Of a stretch of DNA of 38,890 bases, positions 29,135-37,756 are shown piece by piece. Where the stretch lies: the sequence record SRR22947725_571; one strand, given 5' to 3'. The notes under the pieces are model-generated. The model was given only the letters and a program-made list of their open reading frames with translations, ran no database searches and was not told the origin of the DNA. The stretch's first letter is position 1. Each line of letters begins with the position of its first letter. The position numbers were made by a program, and so were the translations under genes.

Positions 29135-30038
29135 TTTCTTTCTTTAGTTCTTGAAGTATTTTTTTACCTCCATTTTTCAAAATCTTTTTGTACATTTTTT
29201 CACCTGTTTTCAAGTCGTTACAATCAAATGAATCCTCAACTTTGATTATGTTTTTTGAATCCATTGTAGAGATGCTTACTTTGAACACAAGCCTATCTCC
29301 TTCAATTTTTGCAAATGCAGAGATTGGCACAGAACAACCACCATTCATTAATTTTAAAAACTTTCTTTCCTGATTTACACAGTGAAATGTTGATCTACAC
29401 GAAATAGATTTTAATAAATTATTTAATTCGTTTTCATTTGTTCTTGATGCTATTGCAATAGCTCCTTGTGCCGCAGAGGGTATCATCCAGTCCAAAACAA
29501 TTTTGTTTTCGGGACATATTGATAATCGATCAAGTCCTGCTTTTGCGAATATTGCACCGTCCCAATTATTTTTTTCAAGTTTTGCGATTCTTGACTCTAT
29601 ATTTCCTCTCAGAGACACTATTTTATGATTAGGATATTTGTTTTTCCATTGAGTTTTTCTTCTAATACTGCTTGTCGCAATAGTGAGAGCATTATTAAAA
29701 TTGACATTTTTTTCTTTAAAAATTAAAACGTCTTGAGAACTTGCTCGTTTAAAAACACAATGAATAGATAATCCTGAAGCTAAATTTACTGGAACATCTT
29801 TATAACTATGAACAGCTATATCAATGTCGTTGTTTAATAAAGCTTGATCTAAACTTTTAGTAAAAATTCCACTTACTCCAAAATCATACAATGGTGTAAT
29901 TTGATTTACGTCTCCCTCTGATTTTATTTTGACTATTTCACAATTTAAACCCAGACCCTCAAGTTTATTTTTTGCATAATTTGCTTGCCAAACAGCTAAC
30001 TTGCTTTTTCTAGTGCCTATTTTAAGTTTAGTAATCAT
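29121..30038 (-). CDS. hemC: Hydroxymethylbilane synthase
   Basis: IGTR.S.LA.WQA, G.FTK, AVHSYKDVP, TSSIRR, LRGN, GGC cofactor Cys. Confidence 0.96.
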   Translation of the reverse strand: MITKLKIGTRKSKLAVWQANYAKNKLEGLGLNCEIVKIKSEGDVNQITPLYDFGVSGIFTKSLDQALLNNDIDIAVHSYKDVPVNLASGLSIHCVFKRASSQDVLIFKEKNVNFNNALTIATSSIRRKTQWKNKYPNHKIVSLRGNIESRIAKLEKNNWDGAIFAKAGLDRLSICPENKIVLDWMIPSAAQGAIAIASRTNENELNNLLKSISCRSTFHCVNQERKFLKLMNGGCSVPISAFAKIEGDRLVFKVSISTMDSKNIIKVEDSFDCNDLKTGEKMYKKILKNGGKKILQELKKENEKN

Positions 30039-31263
30039 TGTGATTAAGTTGAAAAATTGTTTTTATGGATTCCAATTCTTCTTCAAAATCATCGCTGTCT
30101 CTTAAATGATTAGCTATTTGATTTGTTATTTTTTGAATTAAGTGTTCAGAGACTTCATTGACATTTGCGTCATCGAATGAGGATGCTTTTTTCTTAAGAA
30201 TATTGATTTTATTTTCTTGGATTTTTTTTAGTTTTAATTTTAGCGCGTTAACTGTTGGAGCAAATTTTCGAGTTTCAACCCATAAATAATAATCTTCTGT
30301 TATTTCTTTAATTATTTTTTCAGCTTTAGGTATAAACTTTTTTCTGTTTTCTAAAGTTTTATTAGTTAACATAGATAGATAATCCAGATCTAATAAATCT
30401 ACATTTTTAAAAGATCCCAATTTTTCATCAACATTTTTTGGCACTGATAAATCCAAAATTGTAAGCGATTTAGATTTAGATACCATTTCGCTAAGTATAG
30501 TTGGTTTGTTGCCAGCGGTGGCTACAATCAAGATGTCAGTTTTTGATATTTGATTATTTAAATCTGAAATATTTTTTACCAAAACCTCAAATTTACCAGC
30601 TATAAGTTTAGCTTTCTCTTCAGATCTATTAATTAAGGTTATGTGTTTGTTTGAGGTGTGTTTTACTAGATTTTCACATGTGTTTCTTCCGATTTTACCT
30701 GTTCCAAATAAAAGGATTCTTTTTGATGTTAAATCTGAAATATTATCTAATATATATCTAACAGCTGCATATGATACTGAAGTTGCACCTGAAGATATTT
30801 TTGTTTCATTTTTAATTCTTTTACTTGCATGCTTAATCATATTAAATAATCTTTCAAACGAAGGATTAACTGCATTTAGTTTTTTCGACCTTAAAAAACT
30901 ATTATTTAATTGAGCGATAATTTCAAAGTCTCCTAAAATTTGACTGTCTAGACCAGTCCCCACTTTAAAAATATGATTCACAGCTTCTTCTCCTTTAAAA
31001 ATGTAACCAAATTTTTTAAATTCTTTAACGGTTCCATTAGAATGTTTGCAAAGCAGTTCTGTAAGTAGATTAAAATCTAAAGTTGAAGAATAAATCTCAA
31101 CTCTGTTGCATGTAGAATTAACAACTAAATTGTCTATACCCGCTTGTAATGATTCCTTAATAAGATTTTTGGATTGGTCTAGACTTAAGCTGAACATTCC
31201 TCTCACAGAAGTATTGGCATTTTTATAGCTTATTCCAATAACATTAAAAAAAGGAGCTTTCAA
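30028..31263 (-). CDS. hemA: Glutamyl-tRNA reductase
   Basis: STCNRVE catalytic Cys, GLDSQILG, GTGKIG, NRS, DLSVP. Start uncertain: TTG at 31263 preferred; the ORF extends to GTG at 31299 across a promoter-like sequence. Confidence 0.94.
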   Translation of the reverse strand: MKAPFFNVIGISYKNANTSVRGMFSLSLDQSKNLIKESLQAGIDNLVVNSTCNRVEIYSSTLDFNLLTELLCKHSNGTVKEFKKFGYIFKGEEAVNHIFKVGTGLDSQILGDFEIIAQLNNSFLRSKKLNAVNPSFERLFNMIKHASKRIKNETKISSGATSVSYAAVRYILDNISDLTSKRILLFGTGKIGRNTCENLVKHTSNKHITLINRSEEKAKLIAGKFEVLVKNISDLNNQISKTDILIVATAGNKPTILSEMVSKSKSLTILDLSVPKNVDEKLGSFKNVDLLDLDYLSMLTNKTLENRKKFIPKAEKIIKEITEDYYLWVETRKFAPTVNALKLKLKKIQENKINILKKKASSFDDANVNEVSEHLIQKITNQIANHLRDSDDFEEELESIKTIFQLNHNDY

Positions 31264-31424
31264 ATTATGATTAATTTCGAATGTAAAAATAATACTCACA
31301 TTAGTTAAAAAATAACCCTAAAGGTTCTATAAATAACTCCACAAGTTTTTTATTGAAAAGTATGATTAAAATAATGTAAAATTTTATATTTTTAGAGATA
31401 TAATAGATATACTCTAATCCATTG

Positions 31425-31443
31425 ATTTAGAACGCTTCTAAAT
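31425..31443. promoter_or_regulatory. 19-bp palindromic operator candidate ATTTAGAA-CGC-TTCTAAAT
   Basis: Perfect 8-3-8 inverted repeat 16 bp upstream of the araC ATG, within the hemA/araC divergent region. Confidence 0.65.
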
Positions 31444-31459
31444 TAAAAATTTTATTTGC

Positions 31460-32341
31460 ATGAATTTAAAAAATATCGCAAAAGGATCTACTGAAAGTTT
31501 TACAGTTGATGATGGTGTAATTTTATTAAAACAAACCAATGATAATGAATTTGCTTCAAATTTTAATTACAATATTAGTAAAGATTATATTCAATTTCAT
31601 TTTTGTTTGAAAGGGACTTCAAAATTTTTATTTAATCAAGGATCTTATGTTTTTAATGTTGAAAATGAAAATTCAATTCTATTATATAATCCTAATAAGG
31701 AGCTCCCAATAGATCTTTTATTGGATTCAAATAGTCAAGTTTTGTCAATACTTATTTCAATAAAGAAATTTCATAGTTTATTTTCAGATGAATCAGATCA
31801 AATTTCTTTTTTAAATAATGATAATATTGGAAATAAACTTTATAAAGAAAAACAAATTGGTCCAATGATTGCAATTATATTAAACCAAATGTATCAGCAA
31901 TCATTAAATCTTTCAATGTATAAATTATATTTAAGAGGCAAGATTTTTGAACTTATGAGTTTATATTTTAGCAAGGACAAAGAAATGGATATTGAACAAT
32001 GTCCTTTTTTGGCTGATGACAATAACATAAAAAAAATCAAGAAAGCAAAAGAAATTATAATTTCTAGAATGATTGAGCCACCAACTCTTGTACAGCTTTC
32101 AAAAGAAGTCGATATAAGTTTAAAAAAATTAAAACAAGGGTTTAAACAAGTTTATGGAACCTCTGTTTTTTCTTTTTTGATTGATTATAAAATGCAAGTA
32201 TCTAAAAGGCTTTTGTCCTCAGGTGAATATAATGTAAATGAAGTTGCTCTTAAAGTAGGGTATAGTACCGCAACTCATTTTATAAATGCTTTTAAAAAAA
32301 AATTTGGTACTACTCCAAAAAAATATCTAATGACAATTTAA
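31460..32341 (+). CDS. AraC family transcriptional regulator
   Basis: C-terminal double HTH (KLKQGFKQVYG, VNEVALKVGY...HFINAFKKKFGTTP); QCPF in the linker. Confidence 0.93.
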   Translation: MNLKNIAKGSTESFTVDDGVILLKQTNDNEFASNFNYNISKDYIQFHFCLKGTSKFLFNQGSYVFNVENENSILLYNPNKELPIDLLLDSNSQVLSILISIKKFHSLFSDESDQISFLNNDNIGNKLYKEKQIGPMIAIILNQMYQQSLNLSMYKLYLRGKIFELMSLYFSKDKEMDIEQCPFLADDNNIKKIKKAKEIIISRMIEPPTLVQLSKEVDISLKKLKQGFKQVYGTSVFSFLIDYKMQVSKRLLSSGEYNVNEVALKVGYSTATHFINAFKKKFGTTPKKYLMTI

Positions 32342-32345
32342 TAAT

Positions 32346-33365
32346 ATGAGAGGAGCTTTACTTGTTAATTTAGGATCGCCTGATAGCACTGAAACTAAAG
32401 ATGTAAAAAAATATTTAAAAGAGTTTTTAATGGACGAACGTGTTATTGACGAACCTCTTTGGTTAAGAACAATTTTGGTTAAAGGAATTATTTTAAATTT
32501 TAGACCAAAAAAATCTGCAAAAGCTTACAAAAAAATATGGTGGGACGAAGGGTCCCCATTAATTGTTCTTTCATATAGGCTTTTAGAAAAAGTTAAAAAA
32601 ATGACATCAGTTCCGATATCTCTTGCTATGCGTTACGGGAATCCCTCAATACACTCTGGCATTAAAGAGTTAGTAGACAATGGAGTAACAGAAATTTTAC
32701 TTATTCCGTTATATCCTCAACATGCAATGGCCTCAACTGAAACCATTTTAGTCTTAGCTGAAAAAATAAAAAATGAATTTTTTCCTCAAGTTGAGTTTAC
32801 AAATCTTCCAGCTTTTTACAATCATAAAGATTACGTAAGAGTTCTTTCTAATTCAATTCAGAGTTATTTGAAAAACAAAGAATGGGATCATTTACTTTTT
32901 TCTTATCATGGTATTCCCGAAAGACATATTAGAAAAACAGATATTACCAAGTCACATTGTAAAATTGATGGCAGTTGTTGTCAAACAAAATCACCTGCTC
33001 ACCAATTTTGTTATAGACATCATTGCTACGAAACCACAAAACAAGTTGCTGATTATTTAGAGCTTAAAGAAGGAACATATTCTAGTTCTTTTCAGTCTAG
33101 ATTAGCTGGACAGCCGTGGCTCAAACCATATACAGATAAAGTTGTAGAAAATTTCGCTCAAACTGGAACTAAAAAGATGGCAATTGTTACACCTGCTTTT
33201 GTTTCGGATTGTTTAGAAACTTTAGAGGAGATTGGAATGGAGGCTAAAGAAGATTTTATTGAAAAGGGGGGAGAAAAATTTCATGTAGTTCCTTGTTTAA
33301 ATGACGATAAAGAATGGGTAAAAACTCTAAGCAGATGGATTGATGAATGGGCAAATATTAAATAA
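32346..33365 (+). CDS. hemH: Ferrochelatase with Cys-rich insertion
   Basis: LVNLGSP, AMRYGNP, PLYPQ, FSYHGIP, FQSR, WLKPYT, FVSDCLETLEEI, VPCLND. Confidence 0.97.
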   Translation: MRGALLVNLGSPDSTETKDVKKYLKEFLMDERVIDEPLWLRTILVKGIILNFRPKKSAKAYKKIWWDEGSPLIVLSYRLLEKVKKMTSVPISLAMRYGNPSIHSGIKELVDNGVTEILLIPLYPQHAMASTETILVLAEKIKNEFFPQVEFTNLPAFYNHKDYVRVLSNSIQSYLKNKEWDHLLFSYHGIPERHIRKTDITKSHCKIDGSCCQTKSPAHQFCYRHHCYETTKQVADYLELKEGTYSSSFQSRLAGQPWLKPYTDKVVENFAQTGTKKMAIVTPAFVSDCLETLEEIGMEAKEDFIEKGGEKFHVVPCLNDDKEWVKTLSRWIDEWANIK

Positions 33366-33377
33366 TTTATTTTCATA

Positions 33378-33911
33378 ATGGAATATTTTAGTTACATAAA
33401 ATCGTTGCATATAATATTTGTTATAACATGGTTTGCTGGTCTTTTTTACATACCGAGACTGTTTATTTATTTTATTGAAGCTTCATCAAAACCTAGTCCC
33501 GACAAAAAAATCTTAATGGATCAATTTACTTTAATGATGAACCGTTTATGGTTTGTAATAACATGGCCGTCGTCTGTTTTAGCCATTTTATTTGGATTTT
33601 GGATGATTGTTTTAGTCCCAAATTGGTTATTAGAAAATTGGATGATAGCTAAGTTAGGATTTGTGTTTTTATTAATTATATATCATTTAAAAACTCATTT
33701 TATTTTAAAAGAATTAAACTCAGGTATTATAAAATATTCTTCTAATTTTATGAGAATGTGGAACGAAGTAACGATTGTGATATTAGTGTCAGTTGTATTT
33801 TTAGTAGTTTTAAAAAACAATGTAAATTGGTTAAAACTTACAGTTGGTTTGATAATATTTATAGGTTCTTTACTGGTTCTTATTAAGTTGTATAAAAGAT
33901 TTAGAAATTGA
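33378..33911 (+). CDS. hemJ: Protoporphyrinogen IX oxidase HemJ (CopD/UPF0093 family)
   Basis: IKSLHIIFVITWFAGLFYIPRLF, W..AKL, YH, R.WNEV; directly after hemH. Confidence 0.9.
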   Translation: MEYFSYIKSLHIIFVITWFAGLFYIPRLFIYFIEASSKPSPDKKILMDQFTLMMNRLWFVITWPSSVLAILFGFWMIVLVPNWLLENWMIAKLGFVFLLIIYHLKTHFILKELNSGIIKYSSNFMRMWNEVTIVILVSVVFLVVLKNNVNWLKLTVGLIIFIGSLLVLIKLYKRFRN

Positions 33912-35362
33912 TTAGTAATTTAAAATTTAACGCAAATTTATCATTAAGAGCTAGAATTTTTTTAGCTATGACTGTAATAGTTGTTGCTACTTTTGTGTTA
34001 ATTTCCTTAATTACAATTCCACAATTTAAAACTCAGTCCGAAAAATACCATTCAAAAAGATTGGAAAGAAAAGAAGCCCAAATCCAACGAAGTATTGCTT
34101 ACTTTTCTCAAGAAACATCGACTCAGTTGAATCCAAAAAAATTAGATTCAATTTTAAGTGAAAAAATTTATCAAGTTTCAGATGTTCAGAGCGTTAAATT
34201 TAGCATCTATTCTTTAGATGGAAATCTAATTAATTCAACACTTCCAAAAAATGAAATATCCTTTATAAATAAAGAACTTTTAAACAAGATTCTTAGTCAA
34301 AAGGATTCTAAAATTATTGAAATTACCCAAAAAGATCAAGTGCAATATAGATCCTCTTTTTCATTAATTCTAGATGATAATTTTAATCCACTTTGGATTT
34401 TAAATCTTCCTTATTATGATGATGATAATTTAAATTCGTATGAATTAGAATCATTTCTTATAATTTTAGGAGAAGTTTACTTTTTCCTTTTTATACTTTC
34501 AATTATTATTTCATATTTCGTATCTCAGTATATGACAAAAGCAATTTCTGAAATTGCTCTTAAAATGAAACAGACACGTTTAGATAAAAGAAACTCTAAA
34601 ATAAAAATTAACGCAAGAAGTAAAGAAGTTAAAAGTTTGTTAGAATCGTACAACAATATGGTTGATATGCTCGATAAAAACGTTAAGGAATTGTCAAAAT
34701 CTAACAAAGAACAAGCATGGAGAGAAATGGCCAAGCAAGTTGCGCATGAAATTAAAAATCCTCTTACTCCAATGAAACTAAGTGTCCAAAGTTTTGAAAG
34801 AGATTTTAGAAACGACAAGAAAAATAAAGATAAGGTTGAAGATTTTTCCCAAACCATAATTCAACAAATCGATACAATGAGTTCAATTGCTTCAGCTTTT
34901 TCAAATTTTGCAGAGATGCCCACTCAACAAGGAGAAAAATTAAATATTGTTAAAGCCGTTAGGCTTTCATTAGAAATTTTTAAAGAAAAACATATTGTTT
35001 TTAAATCTAATGAAGACAAGATAATTATAAATATTGACAGGCCGCAAATTGTAAGAATAATGACCAATTTGATAAAAAATGCTGTTCAGGCATGTGAAAA
35101 CACAAATTCACCTTCGATAAAAGTTTCTATAAAAAAAATGTCAAAAACCGTTAGTATTTCTGTAAGAGACAATGGCAATGGAATCCCATTAAATATTAGA
35201 AAAAATATTTTTGAACCCAACTTCACAACAAAATCTGGAGGAATGGGACTTGGATTAGGAATGGTAAAAAATCTAGTGAACTCATATGAGGGCAAAATAG
35301 ATTTTGAATCTAAAGTTAATAAAGGAACTACATTTAAAATTACTTTTCCAACATTAGATTAG
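33908..35362 (+). CDS. Membrane sensor histidine kinase (HAMP, HisKA, HATPase), TTG start
   Basis: Two TM segments, WREMAKQVAHEIKNPLTP, NLIKNA, DNGNG, FEPNFTTK, GMGLGL. Confidence 0.93.
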   Translation: MISNLKFNANLSLRARIFLAMTVIVVATFVLISLITIPQFKTQSEKYHSKRLERKEAQIQRSIAYFSQETSTQLNPKKLDSILSEKIYQVSDVQSVKFSIYSLDGNLINSTLPKNEISFINKELLNKILSQKDSKIIEITQKDQVQYRSSFSLILDDNFNPLWILNLPYYDDDNLNSYELESFLIILGEVYFFLFILSIIISYFVSQYMTKAISEIALKMKQTRLDKRNSKIKINARSKEVKSLLESYNNMVDMLDKNVKELSKSNKEQAWREMAKQVAHEIKNPLTPMKLSVQSFERDFRNDKKNKDKVEDFSQTIIQQIDTMSSIASAFSNFAEMPTQQGEKLNIVKAVRLSLEIFKEKHIVFKSNEDKIIINIDRPQIVRIMTNLIKNAVQACENTNSPSIKVSIKKMSKTVSISVRDNGNGIPLNIRKNIFEPNFTTKSGGMGLGLGMVKNLVNSYEGKIDFESKVNKGTTFKITFPTLD

Positions 35363-35769
35363 CAAAATTGATCGTAAGCTTGTTTTAGATTTTCGCTTAT
35401 AATTTCAGCAGATCTTCCTTCAATATGATGTCTTTCTAACATATGAACAAGATCACCATCTTTAAAAATAGCAATACATGGCGATGAAGGAGGGAAAGGA
35501 ATCATTAATTTTCTCGCAGCATCAGTTGCCTCTTTATCAACTCCAGCAAAAACAGTAAATAGTTTAACTGGTTTTTTATCATTAATTAATGACGATTTTA
35601 CTCCTGGTCTTGCGTTGGCAGCAGCACAACCACATACAGAGTTTACTATTAGAACAGCAGTTTCGCTATTAGGGACTTGACTGTTCACTTCATCAGGATT
35701 TGTTAGTTCTACAAATCCCACGGAGGTTAAATCCTCTCTCATTGGCTTTACTAACTCAGCTGGATACAT
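35359..35769 (-). CDS. BrxA/BrxB (YphP/YqiW) family bacilliredoxin
   Basis: MYP..LV.PMR, NSVCGCAA..ARP, TVFAG.D, PPSSP, RH.IEG. Start at ATG 35769. Confidence 0.92.
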   Translation of the reverse strand: MYPAELVKPMREDLTSVGFVELTNPDEVNSQVPNSETAVLIVNSVCGCAAANARPGVKSSLINDKKPVKLFTVFAGVDKEATDAARKLMIPFPPSSPCIAIFKDGDLVHMLERHHIEGRSAEIISENLKQAYDQFC

Positions 35770-35790
35770 AATCAATAATTTTAATTGTGA

Positions 35791-35798
35791 CAAATATA
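35791..35798 (-). promoter_or_regulatory. -7 element TATATTTG for the bacilliredoxin gene
   Basis: Exact TAnnTTTG, 21 bp upstream of ATG 35769. Confidence 0.55.
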
Positions 35799-35843
35799 AT
35801 AAAGAATGATCAAAATGCATGTATTAAATTCATTTGACATTTG

Positions 35844-35851
35844 TAAATTTG
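35844..35851 (+). promoter_or_regulatory. -7 element TAAATTTG for the DjlA-like gene
   Basis: Exact TAnnTTTG, 17 bp upstream of ATG 35869. Confidence 0.55.
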
Positions 35852-35868
35852 GATAAATATTTTTAGAA

Positions 35869-36558
35869 ATGAACAAATGGATATTCGCTTTACTTGGATA
35901 TACTTTTTTTAGATTGCCAGGAGCTGCATTAGGATTTTTTATAGGATCTTTTTTTAAGTCGGGAGTTAGTAAAATATCTAATAAAGATTTTGAAATTAAC
36001 TTACTTGCTCTAGCCTCAATGGTAATTAAAGCAGATGGTAAAGTCACTCAAAACGAATTAGATTTTGTAAGAACATATTTTGTTACTGCTTATGGAAAAA
36101 CTAGAGCAAATCAAGTTTTTAAAATTTTCAATGAAAATGTAAAAAATAAAGGAATATCTCTAAATAAAATATCAACGCTATTTAATGTTGCTTTAAATTA
36201 TGAAAGTCGTCTTCAAGTGATTCATTTTTTATTCGGAATCGCTAAGGCTGATGGGACAATAAGTAAATTAGAAATTGAAAAATTATTAGAGTTTTCAAAT
36301 TTATTTAAACTATCCTATGCAGATTTTTCAAGCATTAAAGCTATGTTTATTAAAGAAACAGATGGTGCTTATAAAATTTTAGAGTTAGAGAAATCTGCAT
36401 CCAATGAACAAGTTAAAAAGTCATACAGAGACTTAGCAAAGAAACACCATCCGGACAAAGTTCAACATCTAGGAGACGTTTATGTAAAGGCCGCTCAAGA
36501 TAAATTTCAACAAATTCAAAAAGCTTATCAAAATATAAAAGATGAAAGAGGCTTTTGA
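35869..36558 (+). CDS. DjlA-like co-chaperone (TM + TerB-like + J domain)
   Basis: N-terminal TM segment, KADG repeated twice, C-terminal J domain with HPD. Confidence 0.9.
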   Translation: MNKWIFALLGYTFFRLPGAALGFFIGSFFKSGVSKISNKDFEINLLALASMVIKADGKVTQNELDFVRTYFVTAYGKTRANQVFKIFNENVKNKGISLNKISTLFNVALNYESRLQVIHFLFGIAKADGTISKLEIEKLLEFSNLFKLSYADFSSIKAMFIKETDGAYKILELEKSASNEQVKKSYRDLAKKHHPDKVQHLGDVYVKAAQDKFQQIQKAYQNIKDERGF

Positions 36559-36571
36559 TTATATTTAAATT

Positions 36572-37141
36572 ATGTACGATTTAATTTTTTATTTAGAATT
36601 AGGGCTTCTCCACGTATTAGATTGGAATGCAATTGATCATATGCTTTTTCTTTGCGCTCTTACTATAGTTTATAATTTTAAGGATTTTAAAACAGTTTTT
36701 TGGATAATAACTTTTTTTACTTTTGGACATACCTTTTCATTAATATTATCTGCTTTTGACTTATTTAAACCTTCATCTCAACTTATAGAATTTTTAATTC
36801 CTACTACTATAATATTAACTTCTCTTTACAATATTTTAGATAACAAAAAAAGTAAGAACAATTTTTTTGAATACGGATTTTCTGTGTTGTTTGGTATAAT
36901 TCACGGTTTTGGTTTTGGCAATTATTTTGAGATGCTAACCGACTCATTAGACACCAAAATTACTCCCCTTGTTGGATTTGCAATAGGTGTTGAATTGTCA
37001 CAATTAGTTGTTGTTTTAGGGATTTTGATAATAAATACATTTTTTAATAAACTTAATTTGATTTCTAAAACAATTTATATAAAAATAGTTTCCGTAATTA
37101 TAATACTATTATCTTTAAATTTAATGTATCAAATGATATAG
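36572..37141 (+). CDS. HupE/UreJ family membrane protein
   Basis: G..HVL...DH.LF, FTFGHT, FGIIHGFGF, GVE..Q. Confidence 0.88.
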   Translation: MYDLIFYLELGLLHVLDWNAIDHMLFLCALTIVYNFKDFKTVFWIITFFTFGHTFSLILSAFDLFKPSSQLIEFLIPTTIILTSLYNILDNKKSKNNFFEYGFSVLFGIIHGFGFGNYFEMLTDSLDTKITPLVGFAIGVELSQLVVVLGILIINTFFNKLNLISKTIYIKIVSVIIILLSLNLMYQMI

Positions 37142-37567
37142 ATGACGACAAGTAAACAAAGAAAATACGATATAGCATATTTAAAAATGGCACAAGAGTG
37201 GGCTAAACTTTCTCATTGTAAAAGAAAACAAGTTGGAGCATTAATTGTAAAGGATAAAATGATAATATCCGATGGTTATAATGGAACGCCAACTGGATTT
37301 GAAAATACATGTGAAGACGATGAAAATTGTACTAAATGGTATGTTCTACATGCAGAGGCAAATGCGATTATGAAAGTCGCAGCTTCAACTCAATCAAGCA
37401 AAGACGCTACTTTATATGTTACGTTGTCCCCCTGCAGAGATTGTAGTAAGCTAATCTTCCAATCTGGAATCATAAGAGTTGTTTACAATATTGAGTACAA
37501 AGACAAATCTGGAATAAATTTTTTAAAAAAAGCTGGCATTGAAGTAATTCATATACCCAAAATTTAA
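37142..37567 (+). CDS. dCMP deaminase (ComEB-like)
   Basis: VGALIVK, GYNGTP, HAEANA, SPCRDC zinc motifs. Confidence 0.93.
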   Translation: MTTSKQRKYDIAYLKMAQEWAKLSHCKRKQVGALIVKDKMIISDGYNGTPTGFENTCEDDENCTKWYVLHAEANAIMKVAASTQSSKDATLYVTLSPCRDCSKLIFQSGIIRVVYNIEYKDKSGINFLKKAGIEVIHIPKI

Positions 37568-37755
37568 TTTTGTTTATTTCTTATTTTTTTTGATATAAAT
37601 AAAATAACCATAAGAAGAATTGTGCATGCACAAGCTAATGCACCGGTTAACCCGATTTTGCTATCATTAGAAAAAATGTTTTCAAAATCTATTTTGGTTA
37701 GATTGAAAACAAAAAGTAAAATTGCTATAGTTATAAAGAAATAAATTTTTTTCAT
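37564..37755 (-). CDS. Small two-TM hypothetical protein
   Basis: MKKIYFF... from ATG 37755, immediately after the marC stop; two hydrophobic segments and a basic tail. Confidence 0.65.
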   Translation of the reverse strand: MKKIYFFITIAILLFVFNLTKIDFENIFSNDSKIGLTGALACACTILLMVILFISKKIRNKQN

Positions 37756-37756
37756 A

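Noticed and set aside
35869..36558. Tellurite resistance or anti-phage TerB system
   Set aside because: The TM-TerB-J architecture is the ordinary DjlA-like co-chaperone, and there are no other ter or defence genes nearby.
37142..37567. Anti-phage dCTP deaminase
   Set aside because: A short stand-alone 141-aa deaminase with no kinase-like domain, in a housekeeping context.
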